Below the pieces are notes generated by a model that searched no databases, was not told where the DNA came from, and saw only the letters and a program-made list of their open reading frames with translations. Below, piece after piece: positions 25,838 through 36,063 of a DNA stretch of 64,000 bases (position 1 is the stretch's first letter; the number at the start of each line of letters is the position of its first letter). The stretch lies in contig JAVZNE010000002.1 of the NCBI GenBank assembly GCA_038882975.1, positions 1-64,000 of the forward strand. Reading direction: 5' to 3'. Made by a program: the position numbers and the translations under genes. The stretch comes from Candidatus Bathyarchaeia archaeon (GTDB lineage Archaea; Thermoproteota; Bathyarchaeia; Bathyarchaeales; Bathycorpusculaceae).

Positions 25838-27073
25838 ATGGTGAAAATTAGGAAAAGTGAAACAAGTAAACCCTTGACAGTTGCTAAAATTCACAAAATA
25901 TTGGCAATTGGCATAGACACGACTTTTATTGCCGCGTCTGCAAAAAGCGCTGGCTACAACGTTTATGCCGTTGACTACTTTGACGACGTTGACTTAAAAG
26001 AGGTTTGCGACTATTACAAGCCTGCAATAAAGTATTGTAAGGACAGGAGCACCTTTTTTAATCCGTATGCTCTCTTTAAAGCGGCGAAAGATATTTTGAA
26101 GAGGTGCCATGTAGATGCTATTTTGCTTTCTTCAGGTCTTGACGACCAGTTTGATATTCTCTATAAGCTGAATAGCATTGCGCCGATATTGGGGAACCTA
26201 CCCAGCATTATTAGAAAAGTTCGCGAAAAACGAAGATTCTTTAACGAACTTAAAGAGTTAGGAATCCCTTATCCCGAGACAGCTGTTATAAAAGGTGTTT
26301 TTGAAGCAAAGGAAGCTGCTGCTAACATGGGGTATCCAGTTGTCCTTAAACCAGTCGGTGGTTTTGGTGGGACGGGAATAAGAGCGGCGTCGAATCCCTC
26401 AGAATTAGAGGGCGCTTTTTCCCTGGTGTCAAAAATAGCTGACGAAGTTGTTGTCCAAAAATTGATTAGAGGCGTTTATGCAAGCATATCCTTTTTGGCT
26501 GGTGAAAAAGAGGTTAAGATTTTATCCATAAATGAACAACTGTTAGGGCTGTCATCAGTTTTTCAAAGCGAGCCTTTCGGCTACTGCGGTAACATCGTGC
26601 CTCTTCAAACAACTAAATTGCTTTTCGAAAAATGTCGGTTCATAACTGAAAAAATCGCTTTGCACTTTGGTCTTATAGGTTCGAACGGCATCGACGTCGT
26701 CATTTCAGAAGATGGAACACCCTATGTAATAGAGGTTAACCCGCGGTTTCAAGGAACCTTGGGCTGTGTGGAAAAAGTTTTAGGAATCAACCTTGTCGAC
26801 GCCCACGTTAAAGCTTGCCTATACAATGAACTGCCAACAATAAAGCCGTCTTCAAATTTTTGCACACGCCTCATCTTGTATGCTCCTAGACGCATTGTGG
26901 TTCCAGACCTTACAACTTTAAAAGGGGTGCGAAATATCCCTCCTCCGCACAGCATAGTTGAAAAAGGAGAACCCTTATGCTCTGTTTTGGCTGAAGGAGA
27001 AAGCCGCGAAATATCCCTCCAGAAAGCTAGCAATCTAGCTAAGGTTATTTATAGCAAGCTTCAACCACTTTAG
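25838..27073 (+). CDS. ATP-grasp domain protein (type commonly linked to H4MPT/methanofuran clusters)
   Basis: VLKPVGGFGGTG, GSNGID, VIEVNPRFQG. Confidence 0.8.
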   Translation: MVKIRKSETSKPLTVAKIHKILAIGIDTTFIAASAKSAGYNVYAVDYFDDVDLKEVCDYYKPAIKYCKDRSTFFNPYALFKAAKDILKRCHVDAILLSSGLDDQFDILYKLNSIAPILGNLPSIIRKVREKRRFFNELKELGIPYPETAVIKGVFEAKEAAANMGYPVVLKPVGGFGGTGIRAASNPSELEGAFSLVSKIADEVVVQKLIRGVYASISFLAGEKEVKILSINEQLLGLSSVFQSEPFGYCGNIVPLQTTKLLFEKCRFITEKIALHFGLIGSNGIDVVISEDGTPYVIEVNPRFQGTLGCVEKVLGINLVDAHVKACLYNELPTIKPSSNFCTRLILYAPRRIVVPDLTTLKGVRNIPPPHSIVEKGEPLCSVLAEGESREISLQKASNLAKVIYSKLQPL

Positions 27074-27795
27074 ATAGACAATTTCAATTTGCGCACAGCA
27101 TTTATTATCGGCGGACCCACTATGGATGTTATAATGGCGGATAAACTCACTTTTATTGGGGTTTCAACGGCACCTAATGCCCATATAGCCTTGAGGCTGG
27201 CGACTCCATAGCCGTAAAATAAATTGTAGGTTTGACACGGCACAAAAATGAAAATGCGGAAAAGAACATCCGCCTCTAAGCCGATAAACACGCTTAGGAC
27301 GAGAATATAGATTAAACGTTTTTCCGATTTTGTATCCCACAAACTTTTCCACTTTGATGTTATAACAGCTAAAAATAGCAATATAGCAAAAGCCAAATAG
27401 ACATCCCACATCCCCCAAAAAGGAAGTTGCCACGAAACTGGTGCGACAAAAAAGCCTCCTAAAAGGGCGAAATAATATGTTAAAACCATGCCCCATCTTC
27501 TTCTGAAAACGAGTGCTGAAATCATAGCTCCAAGGGGAGCGCCAAGTGTGAAAAGAAACTCGTATGCATCAACGTAATTTATGAAGTGCCCAATCATAAC
27601 CCCAATAAAGTTTGAAAGGAAGCCAGCTAACGGACCAAGCAATATTCCAGTTATTGGTTCGGATATGAAAATCCAACTGTACCAAACCCCAGAGTATGGC
27701 AGGATTGGCGGGACAATTAGCGAATCACAAATTATGTTGAAGGCGGCGCAAACAGAAATTAACGCTATAAAAGTAGACCTCTCAAGTTTTTCCAA
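27070..27795 (-). CDS. Membrane protein, ECF S-component-like
   Basis: Multiple TM helices; PITGILLGP..G motif. Confidence 0.6.
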   Translation of the reverse strand: MEKLERSTFIALISVCAAFNIICDSLIVPPILPYSGVWYSWIFISEPITGILLGPLAGFLSNFIGVMIGHFINYVDAYEFLFTLGAPLGAMISALVFRRRWGMVLTYYFALLGGFFVAPVSWQLPFWGMWDVYLAFAILLFLAVITSKWKSLWDTKSEKRLIYILVLSVFIGLEADVLFRIFIFVPCQTYNLFYGYGVASLKAIWALGAVETPIKVSLSAIITSIVGPPIINAVRKLKLSI

Positions 27796-27868
27796 CCAGA
27801 TCCCTTTGCTGTCTTATTTCTCTAAACTAAAACATGCTTAACATGCTTATACTTAACAGTTTTTGGCA

Positions 27869-28483
27869 TCAGCCAAGGAATAGTTGGATAAGGAATATGA
27901 TCAGTGCTGTTAATGCACCCACAGTTAACATTGCTACGCCGTAGAGCCATCCGTTCTCCTTTGCTATTTTACCCAAGTATATACCTAAAAGAAAGAGAAC
28001 CGCCAAGGAAAGCGGTATTGAAGTGAAGTAAGCACTGGATATGGAGACTATTCTCATGGACGCCAGAATGAAGGGTGCTAGCGAGATTATGGCTGTTAAT
28101 GCTGGTGATAACGCATCTATTAATGCTACGTAGAACACCACAAAGTGTGCCGCCTCATAATGTACCGGGTCAACATGATTTCTTGTTTCTTCCATTTCCT
28201 TTAAGTGGCGTTCCCTTTCGGCTTTTTCAGCCATGAAAGCCCCGAAAAACCCGGAAACTCCCATCGCTAAGCATGCGCCAAAGCCAGCGAGTAAAATAAC
28301 TTCTGGTTTTGCCACTCCAGCCATCCATGAGCCTAAAACTATGCCGAAGATAGTCATAGCGCCGTCAAATCCGTTCATTACAAAGTATCTTCTAGCCAAT
28401 TCACCTGCCTTTGTTATGCGGAGGTAAACCCTAACTTTTCTGAAGAGGATTTTTAGAGAATTACCCAACTGGCGACTTTTCAC
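27869..28483 (-). CDS. VIT1/CCC1 family transporter
   Basis: MNGFDG, AMGVSGFFGAFMAEKAE. Confidence 0.8.
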   Translation of the reverse strand: MKSRQLGNSLKILFRKVRVYLRITKAGELARRYFVMNGFDGAMTIFGIVLGSWMAGVAKPEVILLAGFGACLAMGVSGFFGAFMAEKAERERHLKEMEETRNHVDPVHYEAAHFVVFYVALIDALSPALTAIISLAPFILASMRIVSISSAYFTSIPLSLAVLFLLGIYLGKIAKENGWLYGVAMLTVGALTALIIFLIQLFLG

Positions 28484-28593
28484 CTTTCGAGGGCAGAGAG
28501 TTAAAGCCCATGATTCAAACGCGGTTTTAATACCACAACTGTTTAATATAAAGCTTTAGAATTCTCACTCAACTCTTGAAAGGAGGAAAACAT

Positions 28594-29637
28594 GTGACTC
28601 TTGCGGAAACTCTGGAAAAACTCTCAAACGCTTGTGGAGTGGCTGGAAGAGAGGAAGAAGTTAGAAGCCTACTGAAAAACATGCTAAAGCCCCATGTAGA
28701 CGAAGTTAAGGAAGACAAGCTTGGAAACGTTATAGGCATTAGAAAAGGCAGTAAAGACGCGCCGAAGGTTATGCTGGCAGCCCACATGGATGAAATTGGA
28801 CTTTTTGTAAAAACCATCTCAAAGGAGGGATTTCTCCAGTTCACAAAAATCGGCGGAATAGACGACCGCATATTGCTCGCCCAAAAAGTGATAGTGCATA
28901 CGGAAAAAGGCCCCTTACATGGCATAATTGGTTCTAAGCCTCCCCACATACAAAAGGAGGAGGAACGCAAAAAGGTCATGACCTATGATGAGCTTTTCAT
29001 AGACATCGGAGCGGAAAACCAGGAAGAAGCCAAAAAGATGGGCGTAAAAATTGGAGACCCCGTAAGCTTTGACATAAAATTCGCCAAAATGAGCGACGAC
29101 ATAGTTATTGGAAAAGCCTTCGATGACCGAGTCGGCTGCGCAGTAATGGTTGAAGCAATGAAACAGCTCAAAGAGGCAGAATGCACAGTTTACGCTGTTG
29201 GAACAGTGCAAGAAGAGGTAGGCTTAAGAGGGGCAACAACAGCGGCATTTGGCATATACCCCGACGTGGGCATAGCCCTAGACGTTACCATAGCTGGCGA
29301 TGTTCCAGGCGTAAAAGAGGTAGAAGCCCCCGTAAAGCTGCGGAAAGGTCCGTCAATAACTGTGGCTGACTATGGGCTTATAACCCATCCAAAAGTTCTA
29401 CGGTTGCTTGTTGACGTGGCTGAGGAGAACAAGATTCCATACCAGCTTGAAACCGGTTTACAAGGCTCAACAGACGCTGCCCGCATATCCCTAACAAGGG
29501 AAGGAGTCCCCAGCGGCGTTATATCGGTGCCGACACGCTACATTCACAGTCCAGCATCCCTACTAAGCCTAAAGGACGCTGAAAACGCCGTCAAGCTAAC
29601 AGTGGCAGCCATCCAGAAAATTCCAAAACACTTCTAA
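28594..29637 (+). CDS. M42 family aminopeptidase (TET/FrvX)
   Basis: AHMDEIG, KAFDDRVG, VQEEVGLRG, PTRYIHS. Confidence 0.93.
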   Translation: MTLAETLEKLSNACGVAGREEEVRSLLKNMLKPHVDEVKEDKLGNVIGIRKGSKDAPKVMLAAHMDEIGLFVKTISKEGFLQFTKIGGIDDRILLAQKVIVHTEKGPLHGIIGSKPPHIQKEEERKKVMTYDELFIDIGAENQEEAKKMGVKIGDPVSFDIKFAKMSDDIVIGKAFDDRVGCAVMVEAMKQLKEAECTVYAVGTVQEEVGLRGATTAAFGIYPDVGIALDVTIAGDVPGVKEVEAPVKLRKGPSITVADYGLITHPKVLRLLVDVAEENKIPYQLETGLQGSTDAARISLTREGVPSGVISVPTRYIHSPASLLSLKDAENAVKLTVAAIQKIPKHF

Positions 29638-29723
29638 AGGCCTCTTCTATAGAAGCGCAATTCTTGTTTGCCAAACGTGAAACAATTTAAAATCATAAAG
29701 ACTTTTACTATATCGATAAAACT

Positions 29724-30161
29724 ATGTCAGAGAAAGGAAACTTTGAATTTCTTGAGCACATGGCGGACGCGTATATTGCCGCCCACGGAAGAAACCTAGC
29801 TGAAGCCTTTGAAAACGCCGCAGCCGCCATGTTTGAAGTAATGACGGACATAGAAAAGGTCAACCCAGAAGTTGAGGATTATGTTGAAGTTGAAGCAATA
29901 GATGAGTACGCTCTACTTTATAGTTGGCTTGAAGAACTCCTTGTTAAATCAGAGATTAATGGGATGCTATATTCAAAGTTTGAAATATTTGAGATTGCTA
30001 AAACGGCGGACGGTTTTAGGCTCAAAGCCAAAATATGGGGCGAGAGGTTCAACCCTGAAAAGCATACTCAAAGAGTTGGCGTAAAAGCTGTTACATACCA
30101 TCAAATGGAGATTATTAAGGAAACAGATAAAACAACCGTGAAATTTATACTCGATATTTAA
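29724..30161 (+). CDS. Archease (RtcB cofactor)
   Basis: FEFLEHMAD, VKAVTYH, C-terminal LDI. Confidence 0.93.
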   Translation: MSEKGNFEFLEHMADAYIAAHGRNLAEAFENAAAAMFEVMTDIEKVNPEVEDYVEVEAIDEYALLYSWLEELLVKSEINGMLYSKFEIFEIAKTADGFRLKAKIWGERFNPEKHTQRVGVKAVTYHQMEIIKETDKTTVKFILDI

Positions 30162-30814
30162 GCCAGACCGAGGCTTTTCAACCCTTTCAATATTTCTTGA
30201 ACAATAACATCTGGCGGCGTTTCCAATTTTTCACATTTTACCTCTACAAACGGAACCTTCTTCTCCCTATAATATTCAAGTAGGGGTTGTGTTTGCTTTT
30301 CATAAACCATTATACGCCGTTTAATAACTTCTGGCGTGTCGTCGGAACGCTGGTACAAAGGTCCGCCACAGTTATCACAAACCATATCGTTTTTTGGCTT
30401 TAAAAAGAGCATGTTATAAATTGCACCACAGTTTTTACATATCCTCCTAGAAGACAAGCGCTCAATGATTATCCAGTCGGGCACTATGAGATGGATTATG
30501 GCGTCTATTTTTGCTATTTCATCAAGAGCTTTGGCTTGCTCAATTGTTCTAGGATAGCCGTCTAAAATGAAGCCTTTGTCCCTTGGAATTTTAGCCAAAC
30601 TTCCCTTTAAAACTTCAAGAGTTATGTCGTCTGGCACAAGCAAACCTTTCTCTACATAAGCTCTTACTTTCCTTCCAAAAGGCGTATCCTCTTTTATCAT
30701 CTCTCGGAAGAGGTCTCCTGTAGCGATGACTGCAACGCCAAGTATCTCCTTAAGCCTTGAGGCATAAGTCCCCTTCCCGGAGCCCGGTGCCCCAAAGATT
30801 ACCAGATTGACCAC
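30158..30814 (-). CDS. adk: Adenylate kinase (Zn-lid type)
   Basis: GAPGSGKGT, LDGYPR, CKNC...CDNC lid, QRSDD. Confidence 0.95.
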   Translation of the reverse strand: MVNLVIFGAPGSGKGTYASRLKEILGVAVIATGDLFREMIKEDTPFGRKVRAYVEKGLLVPDDITLEVLKGSLAKIPRDKGFILDGYPRTIEQAKALDEIAKIDAIIHLIVPDWIIIERLSSRRICKNCGAIYNMLFLKPKNDMVCDNCGGPLYQRSDDTPEVIKRRIMVYEKQTQPLLEYYREKKVPFVEVKCEKLETPPDVIVQEILKGLKSLGLA

Positions 30815-31059
30815 TGCTTCACATCTCCGATTTTGGCAATCTTGTAAGAGTTTAGAGATAGAGTTAAAAATGTTTGCTGCGACCGGTATTTCACCTGAGA
30901 TAACGGATAATGAAAGATATTTCTTTTACAAGTGTTTCTGGGATTACTGCTTTACCCTTTCTTTTTGTTCAGCTTAACGAAGCTCATTTTTCTTCACGCA
31001 AAACGTTTAAGGCGCAAGGTGAAACTTTAAACTTCACCAATTAATGGAACGTGTAAAGA

Positions 31060-31977
31060 TTGAGCGTATTAAAGTTAGACAAGCACATTTTTATGATTGA
31101 CGCCGAGGTATCTGGGATACAGCGTTTTATTGCCAGCTATGTCTTGATAGGCGAAAAAATGGCCATAGTTGAGACTGGTCCCACGTCCTCCATCCAAAAT
31201 CTTGTCCGTGGCTTAACGCGTTTGGGCATAAAACCTGATGACGTTTCCTACATTGCTGTTTCACATATTCACTTGGACCACGGAGGAGGCGTCGGCTCTC
31301 TTGCAAGACATTTTCAAAAAGCAAAGGTCATAGTTCACGAAAAGGGGGCACCGCATCTTGCAAATCCTGAAAAGCTTTGGCAGCAGTCAAAGATGGTTCT
31401 AGGAGATGTGGCTGAAATCTATGGTGAACCAGAACCAGTTTCAGCGGATCGTATCATAGCCGCTAAAGATGGCATGACCTTTGAAATTGGAAAGGGCATA
31501 ACGCTAAAGGTTGTGGAAACGCTTGGACACGCTTCCCACCATTTAAGCTATTATGAACCTTTAAGCAATGGCATTTTCGTGGGTGATGCCGCCGGAATAT
31601 ATTTGAGTGATATAGACGTCATAGTCCCAACAACACCCTTTCCATTTAGACTGGACATGGCTTTGGCCTCTTTGAACAAGTTGGTACATCTAAAGCCTTC
31701 AGCCTTGTATTATACACATTTTGGCAAGGCAGAAAATGCTGTGGAAAAACTTCGTGCGTATGCTGATCAGCTTAAGCTTTGGGCTAGCATTGCAAAGCAA
31801 TCCTTGGATGAAGGTGAGGGTTTAGAGGAGATTAGCCAGAGAATTGCAGAGAATGACGGGGCTGTTAAAAGGGCTCTGGAGCACATTAAACTGCATAGGG
31901 TTTTGGGTGAAACAGTTCTTAAAACAAGCGTTTTGGGCGTAGTGGAGTTCGTGAAAAATTTTGGACTCCCAATCTAG
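31060..31977 (+). CDS. Metallo-beta-lactamase-fold hydrolase
   Basis: SHIHLDHGGG, GHASHH, GDAAG, THFG. Confidence 0.88.
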   Translation: MSVLKLDKHIFMIDAEVSGIQRFIASYVLIGEKMAIVETGPTSSIQNLVRGLTRLGIKPDDVSYIAVSHIHLDHGGGVGSLARHFQKAKVIVHEKGAPHLANPEKLWQQSKMVLGDVAEIYGEPEPVSADRIIAAKDGMTFEIGKGITLKVVETLGHASHHLSYYEPLSNGIFVGDAAGIYLSDIDVIVPTTPFPFRLDMALASLNKLVHLKPSALYYTHFGKAENAVEKLRAYADQLKLWASIAKQSLDEGEGLEEISQRIAENDGAVKRALEHIKLHRVLGETVLKTSVLGVVEFVKNFGLPI

Positions 31978-32048
31978 TCTTATTGGTTTATATGCCAAAA
32001 TGCTTTATATTTAGCGTTTACTTGAGAAAGGCTTAGGGTGAAAATGTT

Positions 32049-33530
32049 ATGGGCGAAGAAGGAGAGGGAAGACCTCCCTCTGAAAAAGTGCCCCTTGAAA
32101 AAGTGAACGATTACACTTGGCGTATCCCAAAGTATAAACCCGGGATGCGCGTTCCGGGCATAATTTTTGCGGATAAAATGTTACTGGAGAAGATGCAGAC
32201 GGACAGAACCCTTGAGCAGTGCGCGAATGTTGCCCACCTGCCCGGCATATACAAGTATTCCATAACATTGCCGGATGGACACGAGGGTTACGGCTTTCCA
32301 ATTGGTGGTGTGGCTGCAACAGACTATAACGAGGGCGTAATTAGCCCAGGTGGAGTTGGTTACGACATAAACTGTGGTGTGCGCCTTCTGACAACAAACC
32401 TTTCGGAACAAGACCTAAAACCCAAGCTGGTTCAGTTGACAAACGCCATTTTTGAGAATGTTCCGTGCGGTCTTGGAAGCCGTCGAAAAGATTTCAAAGT
32501 GACAATCCATGACTTGGACAGGCTTGCAATAGAAGGCGTACAGTGGGTTATAGACCAGGGTCTGGGCTGGGATGAAGACGCGGAGCACTGCGAAGAGCAT
32601 GGCTGCATGAAAAACGCCAACCCGGACAAGGTTTCAACAACCGCCAAGAACAGAGGGCTAACACAGATAGGCACGTTGGGCTCTGGGAACCACTTCCTAG
32701 AAATTCAGAAAGTTGACAAAATCTATAATGAGCGAACGGCAAAAGCCTTTGGAATCGAGCATGAAGGACAAGTAACCGTCATGATTCATTGCGGCTCAAG
32801 AGGTTTTGGACACCAAATCTGCTCAGACTACTTGCGGGTTATGGAGAGAGCCGTCCACAAATACAAAATAGTTTTGCCAGACAGAGAGCTTGCATGCGCA
32901 CCCGGAAATAGCAACGAAGCCGAAGACTATTATGAGGCTATGGCCTGCGCCGTGAACTATGCTTTTGCAAATAGGCAGGCAATAATGCACTGGGTTCGCC
33001 AAAGCTTCCAGCAAGTTTTTAAAGAAGACCCCGAAAAGTTCGGCCTAAAACTCGTCTACGACGTGGCCCACAACATCGCAAAAATAGAAAACCACAAGGT
33101 TAACGGCGAACAACGAAAAGTTTGGGTTCACAGAAAAGGCGCCACAAGAGCCTTCCCGCCAGAGCATCCGGAAATCCCATCAGACTACAGAAGCGTCGGA
33201 CAGCCAGTAATAATACCAGGAAGCATGGGAACAAGCTCATGGATTCTAGTAGGCACCGAAAAAGCCATGGAAATAAGCTTCGGCTCAACAGCCCACGGCG
33301 CCGGAAGAATGCTAAGCCGAGCAGCCGCAAAACGTAAGTTCTATGGCGGAGACGTGAAGAAAAGCCTTGAACAGCGAGGCATAGCCGTCAGAGCGGCAAG
33401 TGCAGTCGTATTAGCCGAAGAGGCAGACCCAGCATATAAAAACGTTGACATAGTGGCAGAGGTCAGCCACAAAGTCGGCATAGCCACAAAAGTCGCCAGA
33501 CTCGTGCCACTGGCCGTTGTAAAAGGCTAA
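32049..33530 (+). CDS. rtcB: tRNA-splicing ligase RtcB
   Basis: PDGHEGYGFPIGGV, DINCG, GNHF, HCGSRG, HRKGAT, PGSMG, HGAGR. Confidence 0.97.
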   Translation: MGEEGEGRPPSEKVPLEKVNDYTWRIPKYKPGMRVPGIIFADKMLLEKMQTDRTLEQCANVAHLPGIYKYSITLPDGHEGYGFPIGGVAATDYNEGVISPGGVGYDINCGVRLLTTNLSEQDLKPKLVQLTNAIFENVPCGLGSRRKDFKVTIHDLDRLAIEGVQWVIDQGLGWDEDAEHCEEHGCMKNANPDKVSTTAKNRGLTQIGTLGSGNHFLEIQKVDKIYNERTAKAFGIEHEGQVTVMIHCGSRGFGHQICSDYLRVMERAVHKYKIVLPDRELACAPGNSNEAEDYYEAMACAVNYAFANRQAIMHWVRQSFQQVFKEDPEKFGLKLVYDVAHNIAKIENHKVNGEQRKVWVHRKGATRAFPPEHPEIPSDYRSVGQPVIIPGSMGTSSWILVGTEKAMEISFGSTAHGAGRMLSRAAAKRKFYGGDVKKSLEQRGIAVRAASAVVLAEEADPAYKNVDIVAEVSHKVGIATKVARLVPLAVVKG

Positions 33531-33548
33531 AACCAAAAATTTACGTAG

Positions 33549-33638
33549 TGGCGGGCGGGGTGGGATTTGAACCCACGATCACAAGCTCTCTTCGTGCGTT
33601 AGGAGGCTTGCGCCCTATCCTTGCTAGGCTACCCGCCC
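33549..33638 (-). tRNA. tRNA-Arg(CCT) with a 12-nt canonical intron (33588-33599); CCA encoded
   Basis: Acceptor GGGCGGG/CCCGCCC, anticodon arm CAAGC-CT-CCT-A[intron]A-GCTTG, T-arm GTGGG-TTCAAAT-CCCAC. Confidence 0.92.
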
Positions 33639-33731
33639 ACCACGATTAGAAAATAACAACAATCTCAACTTAAATGTATCTTGACACGGAAAACTTAAAC
33701 ATTGGAAAACCTTTTGAGAATACTTGCTAGC

Positions 33732-33850
33732 GCGGGGGTACCCGAGCCAGGTCTAAATGGGCTGTTTGGGGCGAAGACAGCCTAAGATAAGGGGGAGGAC
33801 TTAAGATCCTCTGGCGTAGGCCTCCGTGGGTTCAAATCCCACCCCCCGCA
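33732..33850 (+). tRNA. tRNA-Leu(TAA) with a 34-nt non-canonical D-arm intron (33757-33790)
   Basis: GCGGGGG/CCCCCGC acceptor, GAGGA-CT-TAA-GA-TCCTC, long variable arm; intron helix GTCT/AGAT, AAA bulge, inner stem TGGGCTGT/ACAGCCTA. Confidence 0.9.
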
Positions 33851-33958
33851 CTAATTTATCAGTTAAATGCTTGGATGCTGTGTTGTAAGTTGGATGTCTC
33901 CATTAAACGCCATGAAAGCTAAAGTTTTATATTCCATCCGAAGTCAAAATAGTGACCG

Positions 33959-34387
33959 GTGAAGATGGTGCCTCTCACCTTAAAAGTCCGAGACATACTA
34001 GAGAGCGGGGTGATAGCTCTTGAAAGCAATCAAACGGCCAGAGAAGCATTAAGGAGCATGATGGAAAATGATGTGTGGTCAATTGTTGTTAATGTCAACG
34101 GTGTTCCTTCCGGAGTCGTTACCGAGAGGGATTTATTGAAGAGGGTTATAGCCAAAAACCTAAACATTGACAAAGTGTTATTGAAGGATATAATGTCGTG
34201 TCCTTTGATAACTATAAAACCAGACGCGACATTTGGTGAAGCATGGGACCTTATGGTTGAGAAAAATGTTAGACGCTTATACGTTATTGACAAGGGAAAA
34301 ATTATAGGAAGAGTTACACAAACGGGCCTATTTAAAAAACTATTAGACGTATTGTTGGCATTAGCATCTCTAAAATACACGCTATAA
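33959..34387 (+). CDS. CBS-pair protein
   Basis: GVVTERD, IMSCPLITI, VRRLYV..G. Confidence 0.85.
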   Translation: MKMVPLTLKVRDILESGVIALESNQTAREALRSMMENDVWSIVVNVNGVPSGVVTERDLLKRVIAKNLNIDKVLLKDIMSCPLITIKPDATFGEAWDLMVEKNVRRLYVIDKGKIIGRVTQTGLFKKLLDVLLALASLKYTL

Positions 34388-34493
34388 ATATCTTTTTCAT
34401 CTCAACGCAAACGAGTATTTTTAAGCTGTTGGCTCATCATAAAAATGCTTATAGCCAAAAGAAAGTAAAATGCGTAATGTGGAGTTATAAAGT

Positions 34494-34673
34494 ATGTCTG
34501 AAGAATGTCCTCATGATAAAACGGAGTTCCTTGGGGAGCAGAAAGGTGAAAAAGGGGTTAATCGCTACTATAGATGTTTAAAATGCGGTCGCGTCTTAAT
34601 ATTGTCTGAAAACGGTGTTTTATATGGTGTAAAAAAGAAAAACAAGAGCAACAGCAGCAAGCCCACTAAATAA
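34494..34673 (+). CDS. Small Zn-ribbon protein, 59 aa (not in ORF track)
   Basis: MSEECPHDK...YYRCLKCG. Confidence 0.6.
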   Translation: MSEECPHDKTEFLGEQKGEKGVNRYYRCLKCGRVLILSENGVLYGVKKKNKSNSSKPTK

Positions 34674-34789
34674 AACGTTACAAGATTCTATTCATTCTCA
34701 CACCATTGATTTAAGTAGGTAACGTTATGATCTCACTCCATAATGCAAATTAAAGAGTATAATCTTCCATTTCATGAGGTTTATGGATA

Positions 34790-35986
34790 ATGACCGTGAA
34801 ACTCTGTGTGCCAACTACTTTTGAGGACTCTTTCCTGGAAAAATTGAAGGAGCTGAATTGCAAATATTCGAAAACAAATATTCAAGTCTACGAGGTTTAC
34901 GGCTCACTTAAAACATCTATACTGGGAACAGAATGGCCCTCAACAGTTCTTCCTGAAATCGACGAAAATGGGCTTGCCCGACACGTTAAGAAAGCCCATT
35001 CTTGTGGTTTTAAGTTTGCATATACGTTAAATGCTGTTTGCATGAACCTGGTTGAATATACCGAAGAGGGGAGAAAAAACCTCAATAAGCTTTTAGAAAA
35101 ACTTGTAGAAGTGAAAGTTGATACTTTGATAGTTGCAATACCCTATCTTATTGAGTATATAGCAGAGAACTATCCCGAATTCAGGATTAACGCTTCTTCA
35201 TTGTGCTATATAGATTCTTTGAACAAGGCACGCGTTTACGAGAGTTTAGGGGCTTCTAGACTTACTTTGAGCGAGGATATTAATCGCTGTTTCAGCTTGC
35301 TAAAGCTCATAAGGGAAAACGTAAAAGCTGAACTGGAAGTGATAGCTAACAACGGCTGCCTGCTTAAATGCCCTTTTAGGACCTATCATAACACGATAAC
35401 AGCCCATGTCTCGCAAAGCGTGCTCTACGATCCAATAGGATTCACATACAAGCCTTACCCCCTCATGAGGTGCACGTTAGAGAGGTTAAGTAATCACAAA
35501 GAAATAATTAAGGCTCCATGGTTTAGACCGGAGGACATTAAGTACTACTCTACGATAGGAATAGATTATATCAAAATAGCTGGACGCGGATTGCCCGCGG
35601 AAGACCTATTAAAACTGGTTGAAGCCTACCTTTCAGGCGGATATGAGGGCGATATTTACGCCTTAATTGATAATTCTTACATGCATTTCTGCTGCGACAT
35701 GTTTGACCCAACAGCTGAACTGCTGCCACCATTGAAATTATCCATTGACAATCGATCCTTAGACAGCTGGTATGAATACTTCGTAAACAACAATCCACCG
35801 TGTATGGCTGGATGTGGAAACTGCAACTACTGTGAAGAAGTTGCAAAAAAGGTTGTTAAGACGGATCCTTATGTCGAGAAAATGTACATTGGAAGAATAA
35901 AGAACATGATAGGAAAGATCACGTCGTCTAAACCTCCAATAAAAATACAGCAAAGCGACAGAGGTAGGATTGTAGCTTACACTTGA
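34790..35986 (+). CDS. Peptidase U32 family Fe-S protein
   Basis: YTLNAVC, NNGCLLKCP, RCT, KIAGR; C-terminal Cys cluster. Confidence 0.85.
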   Translation: MTVKLCVPTTFEDSFLEKLKELNCKYSKTNIQVYEVYGSLKTSILGTEWPSTVLPEIDENGLARHVKKAHSCGFKFAYTLNAVCMNLVEYTEEGRKNLNKLLEKLVEVKVDTLIVAIPYLIEYIAENYPEFRINASSLCYIDSLNKARVYESLGASRLTLSEDINRCFSLLKLIRENVKAELEVIANNGCLLKCPFRTYHNTITAHVSQSVLYDPIGFTYKPYPLMRCTLERLSNHKEIIKAPWFRPEDIKYYSTIGIDYIKIAGRGLPAEDLLKLVEAYLSGGYEGDIYALIDNSYMHFCCDMFDPTAELLPPLKLSIDNRSLDSWYEYFVNNNPPCMAGCGNCNYCEEVAKKVVKTDPYVEKMYIGRIKNMIGKITSSKPPIKIQQSDRGRIVAYT

Positions 35987-36063
35987 AGGCTGCTGAGACG
36001 AAAGCTTAAAAATTTGTTTCCGCCTTTGATAAAACCATGCATTAAAAGAGGACCATTTAAAAC

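Noticed and set aside
34723-34745. CGTTATG-N9-CATAATG as a second ModE box upstream of the U32 gene
   Set aside because: Span is 23 rather than 24 nt and it differs from the palindrome near modE; too weak to call.
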